A DNA stretch of 63,910 nucleotides, the filler included, from Dugesia japonica (Eukaryota): NCBI GenBank assembly GCA_001938525.1. It is 5 parts of 5 records of this genome, joined end to end, with 100 filler letters (N's around TTAATTAATTAA, not from the genome) between each part and the next. Parts side by side here need not be neighbours in the genome. Positions count along the whole stretch, not along the records: positions 9,808 to 27,893 come from MQRL01642576.1; positions 27,994 to 40,137 come from MQRL01606438.1; 3 more parts are not named here. One strand, written 5' to 3'. Position numbers and translations under genes: made by a program. Shown piece by piece: positions 25,400 to 37,539 of the stretch (positions within the stretch are counted from its first letter, which is position 1; each line of letters opens with the position of its first letter). The notes under the pieces were generated by a model. That model saw nothing but the letters and a program-made list of their open reading frames with translations, made no database searches and had not been told where the DNA came from.

Positions 25400-26430
25400 A
25401 TTTTGCCAAATCATGAAAAATATCACAATTTATTTTTTAATAATGTCACGTTCAATCGATTAATGAATATAATCGGTTTGAGCCCTTTATTGAACGTTGA
25501 TAGTTTTTAATTCTTTTTCATTTTGAGAATTATCTTTCTCCCTCAGCATTAATCGTAATTCTTGATAAATAGATTCTGAAAGCAATTTAAATATTTGGAA
25601 AAAACAACCATTTTATTTTCGATCCGGGATCTTTATATGTCACTGAGAGGTTATTCTTTTTTTTTATAACATTTTGAAGAAAATTACTATTTAATAAACA
25701 AATAGTTCTTCTAGGTTGGATGGATAAAATTAATCAATTTCTCTGCCTACGAATTAATTTCGTCAATTGTAAGTTTTCTATATAAAAGAAAGGTAAACAG
25801 TTAATTGATTAATTTGCAAGCAGTCCAACATTTCGACAATTCCTTTTGCAAATTATTTAAAACGAAATTAAATGTTTTTGTAAAAATTCATCTCTAGGTG
25901 ATAATTCTGATGTTATAGACTTCATTTAATTCACCGAAAAATCTTTTCTGTTTTCATGGTAGTCCTTTTAGTTTATAATCAGAATTCTCAAGTTCTTTTC
26001 ATATCAAAATCCATGCGAAATTCTGATATAATACATAAGACCATCAAATAATTTAATATATAACAATTCAATGTTTGGTTCTTGTAACGATTGGCTCATT
26101 CTATTAATACTTGATAATAATTTTTGCCAACTTACTGTTTTTAATGAGATTTACTTAATGCGATTTACAACTCACACATTTTTGCTTCATATTTCAAAAT
26201 CGGAGATTCATGCGCATCTTCCGAAATTTTAATTAAAGTTTTTTTAATTTCGTTGAAATTTTTTCTTAATACAGTGGTAGCATCATATTCGAGTTGATTA
26301 TCTAGTTGATGTAAATATTTTAAGCGAAGACATTTTCTTTTAAATTCAAATTTAGAGATTGCTATCTTCGAAACTGAAAAATTAGCAGCAGTTAAATAAC
26401 ATTCTGATGCATTTGATCCTTCGAAATTTA
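25400..26430 (-). pseudogene. hAT (Tip100/ZMYM1-like) transposase remnant
   Basis: WQKLLSSINRMSQSLQEPNIEL and FPNI*IAFRIYLSRITINAEGER*FSK*KRIKNYQRS...RL...IERDII. Confidence 0.75.
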
Positions 26431-26620
26431 ATAGCTGATTTCAATTTAGAATAATGTTGATTTTACAACTAAATTTATAAAAAAACTACCAAAATTTTAC
26501 TTAATGTTTATCAAATTTAAAAATGATTTCTTTAACTGCAATCATATCTTTATAATGATATCTTTGTATAACAATTTCTAATTATAACGATATTCTTGTT
26601 ATTACGATAAATTTTATTTA

Positions 26621-28063
26621 CCGTATTTTCAGGTAAATAATACGCGTACTATACGTACAAAAAACATATTTTTTCGAAAATTATAACTGCGCATTATACA
26701 ATTTTGTAAAATTTCTTTAAAGTACAAGGATTTTAAAAGGATTTACCTAGTTTAGTTAAATAACTTTCATTACGTAATAGTAACATTTAAAAAAACTAAA
26801 AGAAAAGAATAGGTTAAAAGGTCAAATTTATTAAAAACCATCAAATTCTTCATCAGTATTAATATCTAATGATTCAATGGCAACACGTACTTCTCGATGT
26901 AAATTATCATTAAGATATCCATTGTCGAGATTAGTAGTTTCAGTATTCATTACTACATCTGCATGTATTGATTTTTTAAATCCATTGGTTCTGCTGTCAA
27001 ATTATTCCAGCTTTCTACGATCCACTTTGAAATTTTTGAATAACTTGCTCTTTTTATTTTTCCACTTTTTGTTTAATCAAAATTTGCATTAATCATCCAT
27101 TGATTCCATTGTTCTCTAATTTTGTATTTAAATGACTTATTCACTGTCAAATCCAAAGGCTGCAGCTTCTTTGTAAGTACACCAGGAATAATGGCTAAAT
27201 ATGAATACTTACTCACTTCCTTTTTAATTCCGTCTGTTAAATGAGCACGACATGAGTCCATCATGAGTAAGGATTTAGTATTAAAAAAAAGCATTTTTAC
27301 GTTTTTTCCAAATATTATTCAACCAAAACTGCTTTATATTTTTATTAACCCATCCCACATCGTTACACTGTATATATACCATTTGGAAAATTAACTTTTG
27401 GTAAAGTCTTTCGTTTAAATATAACCAATGGAGGTAATTTCGAACAATCCTTTGTGACTGCCGAAATAACTGTAAAGTTACTTTTTTCATGGCCTGTGGT
27501 TGTAATTGTACCTTCTTTAGCTCTTTGAATTTACTGTTCTAGAAGCCGGAAGATCAAAAGAAATATTACCATATCCATATTACCAAAATCCATATTACCA
27601 AAATGTAAATCTTCAATGTTAATACTTTTGTCATTTATATAATTTCTAAAAGCTTCAACTTTTGCCTCCCAATCAATTGGTAACTTTTGACCAATGCTTG
27701 TTGATGTTCTANNNNNNNNNNNATTTCTTTTCATAAAATTAAAACCCCATGAAGGCTGACCAACAAAATCATAGATTTCATCTTGTTCAGCAATAATTTT
27801 TGCTTTTCTTAATAATTCCATTGTTGAAATTTTTATACCTTTTTCTCTTAATTCTAAAACATAATCTTTCAATTTTCTTTCAATTTCCGGAAANNNNNNN
27901 NNNNNNNNNNNNNNNNNNNNNNNNNNNNNNNNNNNNNTTAATTAATTAANNNNNNNNNNNNNNNNNNNNNNNNNNNNNNNNNNNNNNNNNNNNTTTCTTA
28001 CAAACACCCAAAATTAAGGAGTGTCTTATATTAAGGAGATGTCTTATAATAAGGGAAACACGG
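26621..28063 (-). mobile_element. Degraded pogo element (POGK/Passer-like transposase, ~26830-27890)
   Basis: TA-CCGTATTTTC / GAAACACGG-TA termini (right end lies beyond a contig spacer). Motifs W.FNFMKRN..RTSTSIGQKLP, FGNMD, TGHEKSNFTV, KLPPLVIFKRKT, GWVN, LMMDSCRAH, IIPGVLTKKLQPLDLTVNKSFK. Confidence 0.9.
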
Positions 28064-28139
28064 TATTTATAATTTTCAGATAATATTCATAAATAATGGA
28101 TTAATGAAGAATTAATTAAAGTAGCGGGACATACTTACA

Positions 28140-29830
28140 AGAATTAGTTTATTGATTGTATCTGGTTTATTAATCATATATTTAATGGTGAAACCTATAT
28201 TTCACAAGTTAAATCCTGTAATTTCCTCGATGAAATCTATATTTAATGATAAACCCATATTTTCCATTAAACTTGTATTTCTAATTTTAAAGCTTATATT
28301 TTCATTTTAACCCATATTTTCAATGACAAGCCATTTCTTTATCTGATGAAATTAGTATTTTTCTATGTATTGCATATGTTAAACTTTTATTTTCTAACTA
28401 TAAAACTAAATATCGGCTTTCAAAAGGAAAATGAACCCATGAAAACCAATGAGCAAGCAAGGATGCAACAGAACAGGTATATGACGAAAATATAAAAATA
28501 TAAAAAATATAAAAATATTTTTAATAAGAATCATATCATATCATCTTACTTAGTCTCAATATNNNNNNNNNNNNNNNNNNNNNNNNNNNNNNNNNNNNNN
28601 NNNNNNNNNNNNNNNNNNNNNNNNNNNNNNNNNNNNNNNNNNNNNNNNNNNNNNNNNNNNNNNNNNNNNNNNNAAAATATGGAAGCAATATTGAAAAATA
28701 GAGAAATTTGACTAAATATGGTTAAATATAGCTAAATAGGAGTAAATAGTGGAAAATGATTGAAAATATGACAAAAGGTAGTCAAACGTGGACAAATTAA
28801 GCATATTAAAGGATTGTATATATTCATTGGATTTAATGTAATTAGTAGATTTACTCTATTAAGTATTTTTCATGTTTAAAGACATATTTTCAATGATAAA
28901 ACTCATATTTTCTTTAATAATAAGTCCATAGTTTTTTCAATGATAAAGTACTAGATGAACCATTATTTTTATGTTGAAACCTATATTTTCCATAATTATG
29001 TGTCCTTTTCCTTGAATGATACTAAAATACTGCATAAGTAGTATNNNNNNNNNNNNNNNNNNNNNNNNNNNNNNNNNNNNNNNNNNNNNNNNNNNNNNNN
29101 NNNNNNNNNNNNNNNNNNNNNNNNNNNNNNNNNNNNNNNNNNNNNNNNNNNNNNNNNNNNNNNNNNNNNNNNNNNNNNNNNNNNNNNNNNNNNNNNNNNN
29201 NNNNNNNNNNNNNNNNNNNNNNNNNNNNNNATACAATTATTGAATTATTTTCCCATTCTTTTACATTGTATTTGGAAACAATTATCTACTTCTATGAAAT
29301 TTCCGATTATTTTTGTTGACTACTACTATGAAATTTCATATAACTTTTATCGACTACTATGCAATTTCATAAAACCTTTATCGACTACTATAAAATTTCA
29401 GATAATTTTTAAAAACCTACTAAGAAAGAAGCGAACCGTAGTTTAAATAAGAAATAATTGAATAGGTATTACCTACTTGCCCTGTATTGGTCTAAGTGTT
29501 GAAAATATCAATAAATTCTAGTTGGGTCAACTTACAACAATTGGTTTATTGAATATATCTGGTTTAATGGTTTTATATTCAATGATTCAACCAATATTTT
29601 TATGATAAAATTAATATTTTCATGATAAAACCTATATTTTCAGAATAATACCTATATTTACCATTAAACATGTATTTTCCATTAAATCTATATTTTCAAT
29701 GTTGAGATCAAGTAGTTTATTTGACGAATCAAGTATTTCTAATGATGAATCAAGTATTTTCTATGTTGAACTCTTATTTTCTAACAATTTAATTGATAAT
29801 GAGGTATTTAAAAGAAAATTAAACCCATGA
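28140..29830. repeat. Complex repeat family built from ~20-bp AAACC(C/T)ATATTTTC(A)ATGAT units; further copy at 59340-60700
   Basis: Shared blocks such as AAAGGAAAA...CCATGAAAACCAA...AGCAAGCAAGGATG at ~28422, ~29810, ~59531, ~60200. Confidence 0.75.
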
Positions 29831-29849
29831 AATTACTAAATTAAACTGA

Positions 29850-30650
29850 ATGGCGAAAAGAAATGTTTTCTTCATTAGATATGGTGATTCAAGAAATAAA
29901 TATAAGATTTCAACAGCGTCATGTTCTTGCTTAAAAATATGGATTTATTGTTTTGTCTAATCTTTTAAACGAAGATTACAATTGTTAGATACATGACGAC
30001 ATTAATATGGAACAGTTCTTTGTTGAAAAAAAATATTTAAAACTTTCGTCGCTACTGCAGCCATGCAAGACAAAACAGACACATTTAAGGATGGCCTCCT
30101 AAACTTTTACAGTTTATTTAAAGATACAATCTTGGAAATTCAGTTCCAAATATTGTCATTTTGTTACGAATTTTCCTGACGATTGCTGTGTGTGTGGCTT
30201 GTTGTGAAAGAAGTTTCTCAAAATTAAAATTAATTAAGAGTTGTTTAAGATATTCTATGCTAAGTTTACGGTTGAGAAATCTCGACGTTTATCAAATTAA
30301 TGATTGAGAACACCTTTAATTGATGATTGTTATATTATATTGTGTTGATGGTTTTATTGTATTATTGTGCTATTATTATTTTTATACTAATATTATACAA
30401 ACAACTTTTGCATGACTCTTTTATAAAGTACATTTTTAGTTCATTTATTTGTAATATTTTATAATTTGTATTCTTATTATTATTACTTATTATTACTTAA
30501 ATTACAGCGCCTTTTAGTTTTTATACCAAAATAACTTTTATAAATTGTATATTGAATTAATTGTAAGGAAGGTCAGATTTTGTCTTAAAAAATGTATGAG
30601 GGCAGTTTTAAGGATTGGTCCGGGTGGCACATACCCTAGCTACGCTACTG
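29850..30650 (+). pseudogene. hAT (Tip100/ZMYM1-like) transposase 3' remnant with right TIR
   Basis: SVPNIVILLRIFLTIAVCVACCERSFSKLKLIKSCLRYSM..LRLRNL. Terminus CCCTAGCTACGCTACTG at 30634-30650. Confidence 0.85.
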
Positions 30651-30924
30651 TATCAAACCTGTTGCAATTAAATTGATGAGCTAGGCTAGCGAGCAAAGCT
30701 TTTGGTGTAGTAGATTTGTTGCTTAAATAACTAGGTTTTTTGTGAGGTGAAAATTANNNNNNNNNNNNNNNNNNNNNNNNNNNNNNNNNNNNNNNNNNNN
30801 NNNNNNNNNNNNNCTTCCTAGAATGGTAGTTTTATAGTTATTTTTTTTTGAATATTTTTAATGTTTTTGTCTAGGTCATTATTTGATGTTGAGCACAGTT
30901 ATTTTAGAGTACTCCGTAAATTAT

Positions 30925-31250
30925 TATAAATCGTTTTTGGTTATATCCATTAGTTCGGAAACTACTATTTAATATGTTAAAACTATTTCCAGCAATCTCC
31001 AAGCTCGATGATATACACCACACTCAATGAACCAAACCTTTTACAAGTCCACTCTTATATCAATCATCACAAAACATTTTAGAATTGGTATATGATCCTA
31101 TGCCTGTTGGTTTTTTTAATAAAGTGAAGTATTATAGTTGCGACCCTGTCTACAGATAAGAACATGATAGTTTAAATTCTTTTTCAACTTCTATAGTGAA
31201 TATCATATTTTGATATTTCAAAGTAAATTTATTAAAACTTGAATATTTAC
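30925..31250 (-). pseudogene. Penelope-like retroelement RT thumb remnant
   Basis: NMIFTIEVEK..LICRQ..YNTSLY*KKPTGIGSYTN...YKSGLVKGLVH*VWCISS...TNGY, matching PLE FT.E.E / YRKPT / K.G.V..L..R / NGY motifs. Confidence 0.75.
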
Positions 31251-31254
31251 ACAT

Positions 31255-32323
31255 GTATATAATGAAGATATGTTTCAAGTGAATGTAATTTCCGAAATGG
31301 GAAATGATTTAAAGTCTTTTATAAATGCATCACAAACTGATTTTCTAAATTTGAATGACACATTATTTCATGTACAAGTAAAAGTTGTTAATAAATTTGA
31401 AAAAGACTTGAATCAAAGGTCAGATGTAGTACTAAGCAACGTTATGTTTCACACTCTGTTTAAAGATGTTGCCATTTCATTTAACATTATCAAAATTGAA
31501 GAGGCCAATAAAACTCATATTCAAAAGCCAATGATTGAAACTGTTTTGACTTAATTTGACTTGAACATTTATCTTGCAGTAATTGATTATCTAAATAAAG
31601 AAGAAAGACAAAAGTCAATTAGATTATCAAAAACATTGCCTCTATTTGTTCTTTGTAACTGGATTTTATAAACCAATAAAAATATCTATTTCAGGTGTTA
31701 ATGTTCATATTCGAATGAAAAGACCAACCACTATAATTCGATTAGAAAGTATAACTGAGAAACCTAAATTGTATGGCTTGATGCAAAATTAATGGTTAGA
31801 AGAATTCAAGTTGAATCATCAGTACTAACAGGTCATCAAATTGAATTAAAGAAGTAAAAGGCAGTGTATTCAATAAGAACCATAAAACTTTANNNNNNNN
31901 NNNNNNNNNNNNNNNNNNNNNNNNNNNNNNNNNNNNNNNNNNGCTATACAATCAGATAAATTCTACTACATTTTATAAGGAGAAAATCTTTGGCGATCGT
32001 CGATTGCTCAACATTTTGTTGGTAATATTTTAAAGAATTAAGCTTGAATTTCGATCATTTTAAAATCAAATTTATAACCTGTTCAAAAAACAGCAATTAT
32101 CGAGAAACATACTCAGGACTTTAAAAATAATAATTATAACGCATCATACAAGCAATAAGTAGGTAGATATCTCAACAAGAATATTAATTGTGGAATAATA
32201 TTTGAAGAGTTTAAAAATGAATATCCGTTATTTAGATTTTTTACTACACCAGCATATGTATTAATTTATGGAGTATTTGAAAATGAAATCCAAATTACAT
32301 CAGATATAGCACTTATAATGTAA
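31255..32323 (+). pseudogene. Polinton/Maverick major capsid protein (double jelly-roll) remnant, copy 1
   Basis: DFLNLNDTLFHVQVKVV..SNVMFHTLFKDVAISFN, GVNVHIRMKR, AKLMVRRIQV, C-terminal VLIYGVFENEIQI. Collinear with MCP at 45175. Confidence 0.85.
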
Positions 32324-32638
32324 ATAATCTCAATAACATGAAAAGAGTTATCCAAAATGAAATAAGTTTTAATTATTGCCTTGATATTACTTTAATGATT
32401 CAATTCATATGAATCCAATTGCTACAAAATGGTTGAAATTTTTTTTTATTTTTTATCTAAAGTTTGTTTTTTTTATTAATAATTTTTTTTGTAATTTTTT
32501 TTTTAAATTTTCTTTTTTTTTTATTTTATTTTTTTAAATTTTATTTAAATTTTTTTTCAAAATTAAAATAAAGAAAAAATATAAAGTCTGTTTAAACTAA
32601 CATTTATTTATTAACATGAATTTAATTACATTAATTGA

Positions 32639-33262
32639 TTAACATTGTCTTTTATTAGACTCTGGATGGATAGTGGCAATAAATTTTCTTTTCAAATATT
32701 TCTTCTTTTCAGAACATTAGTCACAATCAATATCTTCGTTATGATATTCATTGTACATGTCCATGACCTCTTTTATGTCCACTCTGGTTAACTTTTTTAT
32801 TTTGTACCAAATCAATTCTGGTGCACAATAAATTATATCATCCTTAAGGCATGGATACAGAAGTCCAAGTAATTCTATGAACAAATCTAAAACAAAATAA
32901 GATAATTAAAATGAAATTAAGTCAAACCTTTATCAAATGTATTCGAGGATTTTTCTAACCTTTTTATACCTTTCGTCAACTCTGCTTCTTCCATCATTTG
33001 TACATCAGATTCAATATTTTCTAAATCCATTATTTTTGAATATTAAATTAGTAAAAAAAAATTACCCGTATCTTCAAAAATATTTTTCCTCTTCGTCTGC
33101 GGTTGTTGACCATTCTTTGTCGTCATATTCTAAATTTTGGTCAACTTCACCATTTTGATTATCGTCTTCAACATCTGTTAATTTTCCAATAAATTTATAA
33201 CACATTTTGATAATAAATGATTTTAGTTGATTTATATTTCGATTATATAGGTTTTTTAACAT
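32639..33262 (-). pseudogene. Spliced accessory gene X, unknown function (acidic N-terminus)
   Basis: Coding-like segments separated by short GT-AG introns (~33020-33065, ~32888-32927). C-terminal DLFIELLGLLYPCLKDDIIYCAPELIWYKI. Stops and frameshifts present. Confidence 0.45.
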
Positions 33263-33386
33263 CCAATCAAAATTATTTCAATTTTTAGCCAATCCGATTA
33301 ATTAATTTTTATTACATACATTCATGTAGACACACCAACATGTTTATAAATTCATGATTTTCTAAATCACTTATTATTTTTAAAAT

Positions 33387-34132
33387 ATGATTAAAATAAA
33401 TGTATTATCACTGAAACAAGAAGAAATGATTAAAAAATATTGATATTTGTATTCGGGAAAATGAAGAGATTGGAAAAGAATACAAGAAAAAAATGGTTCA
33501 ATCCAAAATTCCGAAAATAATTTCCTCATTAAATCCAAATACTGAATATAAATACGTAAGATTGAATTATATAAATTTTTTAAGCGATTGTAAAGCCAAC
33601 AAAGCAGAAAATTTGAAAAATGTTTACAATCTCTATATGTTCATGGAAGTTTTTGAGGAAATTTCAAATAATGAGATATTACTATATAGACCTAAATTAG
33701 AGAATATACTAGAAGCTGGTTTACACGCTTTGATGGAAATTCAATTTTTGGATAGTTTGGTATTATTAAGAAAAGAAGAAAAAGGAAAAACATAAGTTTC
33801 CTAATGCATAATTTGGTAAAATTGTTTAATCTTGATCCGCCAACTGTAGCAAACGAGCTTTATGAAGAANNNNNNNNNNNNNNNNNNNNNNNNNNNNNNN
33901 NNNNNNNNNNNNNNNNNNNNNNNNNNNNNNNNNNNNNNNNNNNNNNNNNNNNNNNNNNNNNNNNTCTATCCTTCGCGTTTGGAAAACAACACAAATGTCA
34001 GATTGAAAGAAAAACAAAAACTGGTGGTAATACTTTTATTTTTATTTTTTATTAATCAATATTAAATTTAAATATTTAGAATTAATTTGCCATACAAAAT
34101 ACTCCAAGGATCACAGAAAATCGTATGACTAA
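33387..34132 (+). pseudogene. Accessory gene A, copy 1 (unknown function)
   Basis: IPKIIS..LNY.N.L..CK...A.NL....EISNNEI..YR..LE..L..GL.AL..IQFLDSLV.L and last exon CHTK.S.DHR, shared with 41653-42284. Confidence 0.75.
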
Positions 34133-34219
34133 AAAAAGGAAATTTGATGGTTAAATGTTTTAAAATGTTATTTAATAAATTTAGTTTAATAAATCTTTTT
34201 TTATTTTATGTAACATATA

Positions 34220-34459
34220 TTATATTAGTAATTCAGTATTACCTTGACTATTTTTTACTTGTATTTTTCGATTTTCTTCTGAATAAGAAATTTCAATACA
34301 TTCAATCATGTCGTCTATAATCGAATCTAAATTCATAATTATTAATAAAGAATAAAAAATTAAATTTTGTTTATACCATTTTGACTCTGTATTGTAAATG
34401 TCTTTATTAAACTTACCACTGAATTTTGTTTCTTTGTTAAATCTGCATCTGAGTTTCAT
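34220..34459 (-). CDS. Small accessory ORF Y, unknown function (may be truncated)
   Basis: 79-aa ORF inside the IR-bounded cassette. No recognised motif. Confidence 0.3.
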   Translation of the reverse strand: MKLRCRFNKETKFSGKFNKDIYNTESKWYKQNLIFYSLLIIMNLDSIIDDMIECIEISYSEENRKIQVKNSQGNTELLI

Positions 34460-34513
34460 TCTTCGTTGTTACTTTGCAATCATGTTTAATTTCTTTGTTC
34501 ACTCAATTAATAA

Positions 34514-34846
34514 TTTTGGTCCTAAAGAGGACCGATATACGTTCTCATTTTCCCCCCTTTTATATGGTTCAACTTTACTTTCTCATTATTACCAAACTAA
34601 AATAAATAATATGTACAAAATAATATTTTTTTTTTAAAAAAAAATAATAATAAATAAATAATTAAATAATACCAATTTTTTCCGTTTCATTGTAGTTGGA
34701 ACAATCCGGAGACAAGAATTCAATATTTGTATCCACCGTAGATAACAATAGTTTTGGTTCTAATGAGAACCGGTATACATTCACAATGTGTAACATTTTT
34801 TTACAATCACAAATTGTGGTTCTAAAGAGGACCGGTATTCGTTCTC
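34514..34846. repeat. Three copies of a 33-bp palindrome-containing repeat (34514-34546, 34752-34784, 34814-34846)
   Basis: TT(T/G)TGGT(C/T)CTAA(A/T)GAG(G/A)ACCG(A/G)TAT(A/T)C(G/A)TTC. Confidence 0.85.
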
Positions 34847-34959
34847 TTTTTTTTATATAATTAATTTGTTTGGTAAAATATTACTATTTAAATAGAATTG
34901 ATTAAAGTGAAAAATAAAATGAAAAAAAATAATAATAACATTTATTATAATAGCAACAT

Positions 34960-35414
34960 TTACAAAACGTCACGAATTTTCCAAATTGGAAAGTTAACTT
35001 TTCTATTAATTGAATTAATGTTGTCTCCATTTTTCTTGACTCCTTGTATTGCTATCTGGATCATATTTTGTTGTGATTTATAGAATACAATCGATTTTGA
35101 TTGACTGTAATTGATGAAAACTGAATCCTTAATTATAATCGTTGGTTCAATTCTTTGAAATAATAAATTCAAAGTATTCACATCTTTGGAACCGATATCG
35201 AATATCAACACACTTTACGTAGATTGTTTTATCTTCACAGGTTGCTAAATGTAAAATATTAAATAATAAAATAAATAAATACATTTACTTGAAACNNNNN
35301 NNNNNTTGGACTCTTCAAGAATTTAATTTGAACTCCATGAAATTCCGTAGGCTTTCCGAAATCCACAGCGATGGTCATAACATTATCTTTGTGTAAACCA
35401 ATAATTTCATTCAT
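34960..35414 (-). pseudogene. Accessory gene B, copy 1 (spliced; possibly an OB-fold ssDNA-binding protein)
   Basis: Intron 35245-35288 after FQ. PVKIK, LNLLFQRI, MIQIAIQGVKK and PIWKI align with 41145-41557. The fold guess is speculative. Confidence 0.7.
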
Positions 35415-35707
35415 ATTTAAATAATGAAAGTTTATTAAATGTTTTTGCTTTTATACTCAATGTCGATAAGTATTTATTGTGAAGTTTGTGTGTATTGCTT
35501 TTTATTGGTTGAAATTGTGTTACTTTGATTATTAATATAGTTTGATTGGTAATTCTTTGTTAAATCAATTTAAGTGCAGCATAAATGCAAAACCACTGCA
35601 ATTTAAACAAAGCATTTTCAACTTTTTGATTTGTCGAATTAAATTGGACATGCTGTGTTACATAAAATTTGTATAAAAAGCAATTCATTTTTATATATTA
35701 TTTCAAA

Positions 35708-36011
35708 ATGATTTTAAAAAATGGAGAAGAAATAACTGAACGAGGTAAAATTTTATTATTAATTATATAGTTATTATTTATTTTCAAATCTTGTTAGAAG
35801 AATAATAAATGAAATGCATTCAGAATGTGAAAAAAANNNNNNNGTGTTGGAAGAAGACGAATATTGGGAATACGTTTTGGAAAAAGAATTGATCGATATC
35901 AAGGATGTCTTATTCTTTTACGAAAACGAATTTAAAATAGCAAACCAATGTGAAAACGATCCGTGCCCATACTGGATAATGGAGAAAATTATTCGAGAAA
36001 GATTTCCATGA
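35708..36011 (+). pseudogene. Spliced small acidic accessory gene Z
   Basis: Short GT-AG intron (~35745-35797), then EEDEYWEYVLEKELIDIKDVLFFYE...CENDPCPYW. Upstream ATTGG boxes and GTATAAAAAG. Confidence 0.4.
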
Positions 36012-36289
36012 TTTTGTATATTGTTGTAAATAGTAGTTTGTTTTTAAATAAATATTAATTTAATCAGACTTTATAATTTTTCTTTATTTTAATTTTGAAC
36101 AAAAAAATATAAATAAAATTTAAAAAAATAAATTAAAAACAAAAAAAATTAATTAACAAAAAAATTACAAAAAAAAATTTTTAAAAATAAGAAAAAAATT
36201 TTTTAAAAAAAAATTTAAAAAAAAATTAAAAAAATATTTAGATAAAAAATAAAAAAAAATTTAAATAAGAAAAATTTTTAAAAAAACTT

Positions 36290-36445
36290 CCACGAATCAG
36301 AAACGATGAGTCATCATTTATACTTTTAATAATTTCAACCAATCAGAATCGTGGATTCTGGATCACTGACAGAAATTTTTTTAAGAAAACGATGAGTCAT
36401 AGTCTTTGTTTGAATCATCTATGAGTCCTACTTATGACTCATTGC
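36290..36445. promoter_or_regulatory. AP-1 site cluster with CCAAT box in the subterminal region of unit 1
   Basis: TGAGTCA 36307-36313, TGAGTCA 36393-36399, TGACTCA 36435-36441, near-matches at 36411 and 36422, CCAAT at 36339. Confidence 0.55.
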
Positions 36446-37539
36446 TTTTGTTATAAACGTTATTTGTCCAGGGGAGGGGGGACCTGATCCAGCGCGCCAC
36501 TAATAATAATATTAATAATAATAATAATAACAATAACAATGATAATAATAACAATAAAAATAATAGTAATAATAAATGTCTGAGAATGATTATTTATTAC
36601 AACTATAAATTTACTTTTGTTTTATTATGTTAAAAAATTAAATATGGCTGAAAATAATTTTTTAATAAATATTTTTGTGTTCTATTGCATTAAAAAGTAA
36701 AATTTTCGTCATTAAATTTCTAGAACAGTCTAGTGTGTAATGACGCATACGAGAAATAGGTATCTGCATTAATAAAACCAAGCTACATGCATATGTGTGT
36801 TGATTGTGTAATCAATAGTATATAAACGAGATGCTGATATTATTTCTTCATTATTTCGCAAACACTTGGTATGTTGTTAATTTATTTTTTAATAAATTTT
36901 AAATTTCTGCTTTAGATAATTAACAAAAATGAACAATACAATAAATGTTTCGTCAATGGAAATTAAAATTTAATGAAGTAGGATATCTAATTTTTAAATT
37001 ATTTCAATTGAATTTATTCTTTTGAATTAAAAATTAAATGTCTTCGAATTTTATAATGAAATGAATGCTAATGTATTTTATAATGGAACAAATGTCAGCA
37101 ATCTTTATACTAATAGAATAAATGCAACCGNAATTTATCCGAAATTTAAATCAAATAGAATTTTGTGTGAATGAAAATTAAATTGACAACAGACTTTATG
37201 CTAATGGAAAAATTCGACTTGATTTATGCGAATTAAATAAATGATAATTTGAATTTAAAACCAGATTAGAATTTATGAATTAATTTAATTGAATAATAGT
37301 TTGTAATTTCATTTTACTTTTAAAAAAGATTTTTAATTGTAATGTTTTTAGATTTAATTTTTGTAACTATTAAGCAGTATAATAAAGAATCGATAAAACA
37401 AATGGCCCAACATGATAAAAATACAGTTGTAAAAAGTACAATTTTAATGGTAATTTTAGAAGTGATGAAATTAGATGGTGCAGTGCTCTACTATCCAATT
37501 TTTTTGGTATTAACTATCCACCTACTTAGACTATTATGC

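Larger units (their letters stand above)
32436..36505. mobile_element. Polinton-related unit 1: inverted-repeat-bounded accessory gene cassette with right terminus
   Basis: IRs 32436-32612 / 36045-36266 (e.g. TTCAAAATTAAAATAAAGAAAAAATATAAAGTCTG vs CAGACTTTATAATTTTTCTTTATTTTAATTTTGAA). G-rich subterminus ending GCGCGCCACTA. Two genes are homologous to unit 2. Confidence 0.7.
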
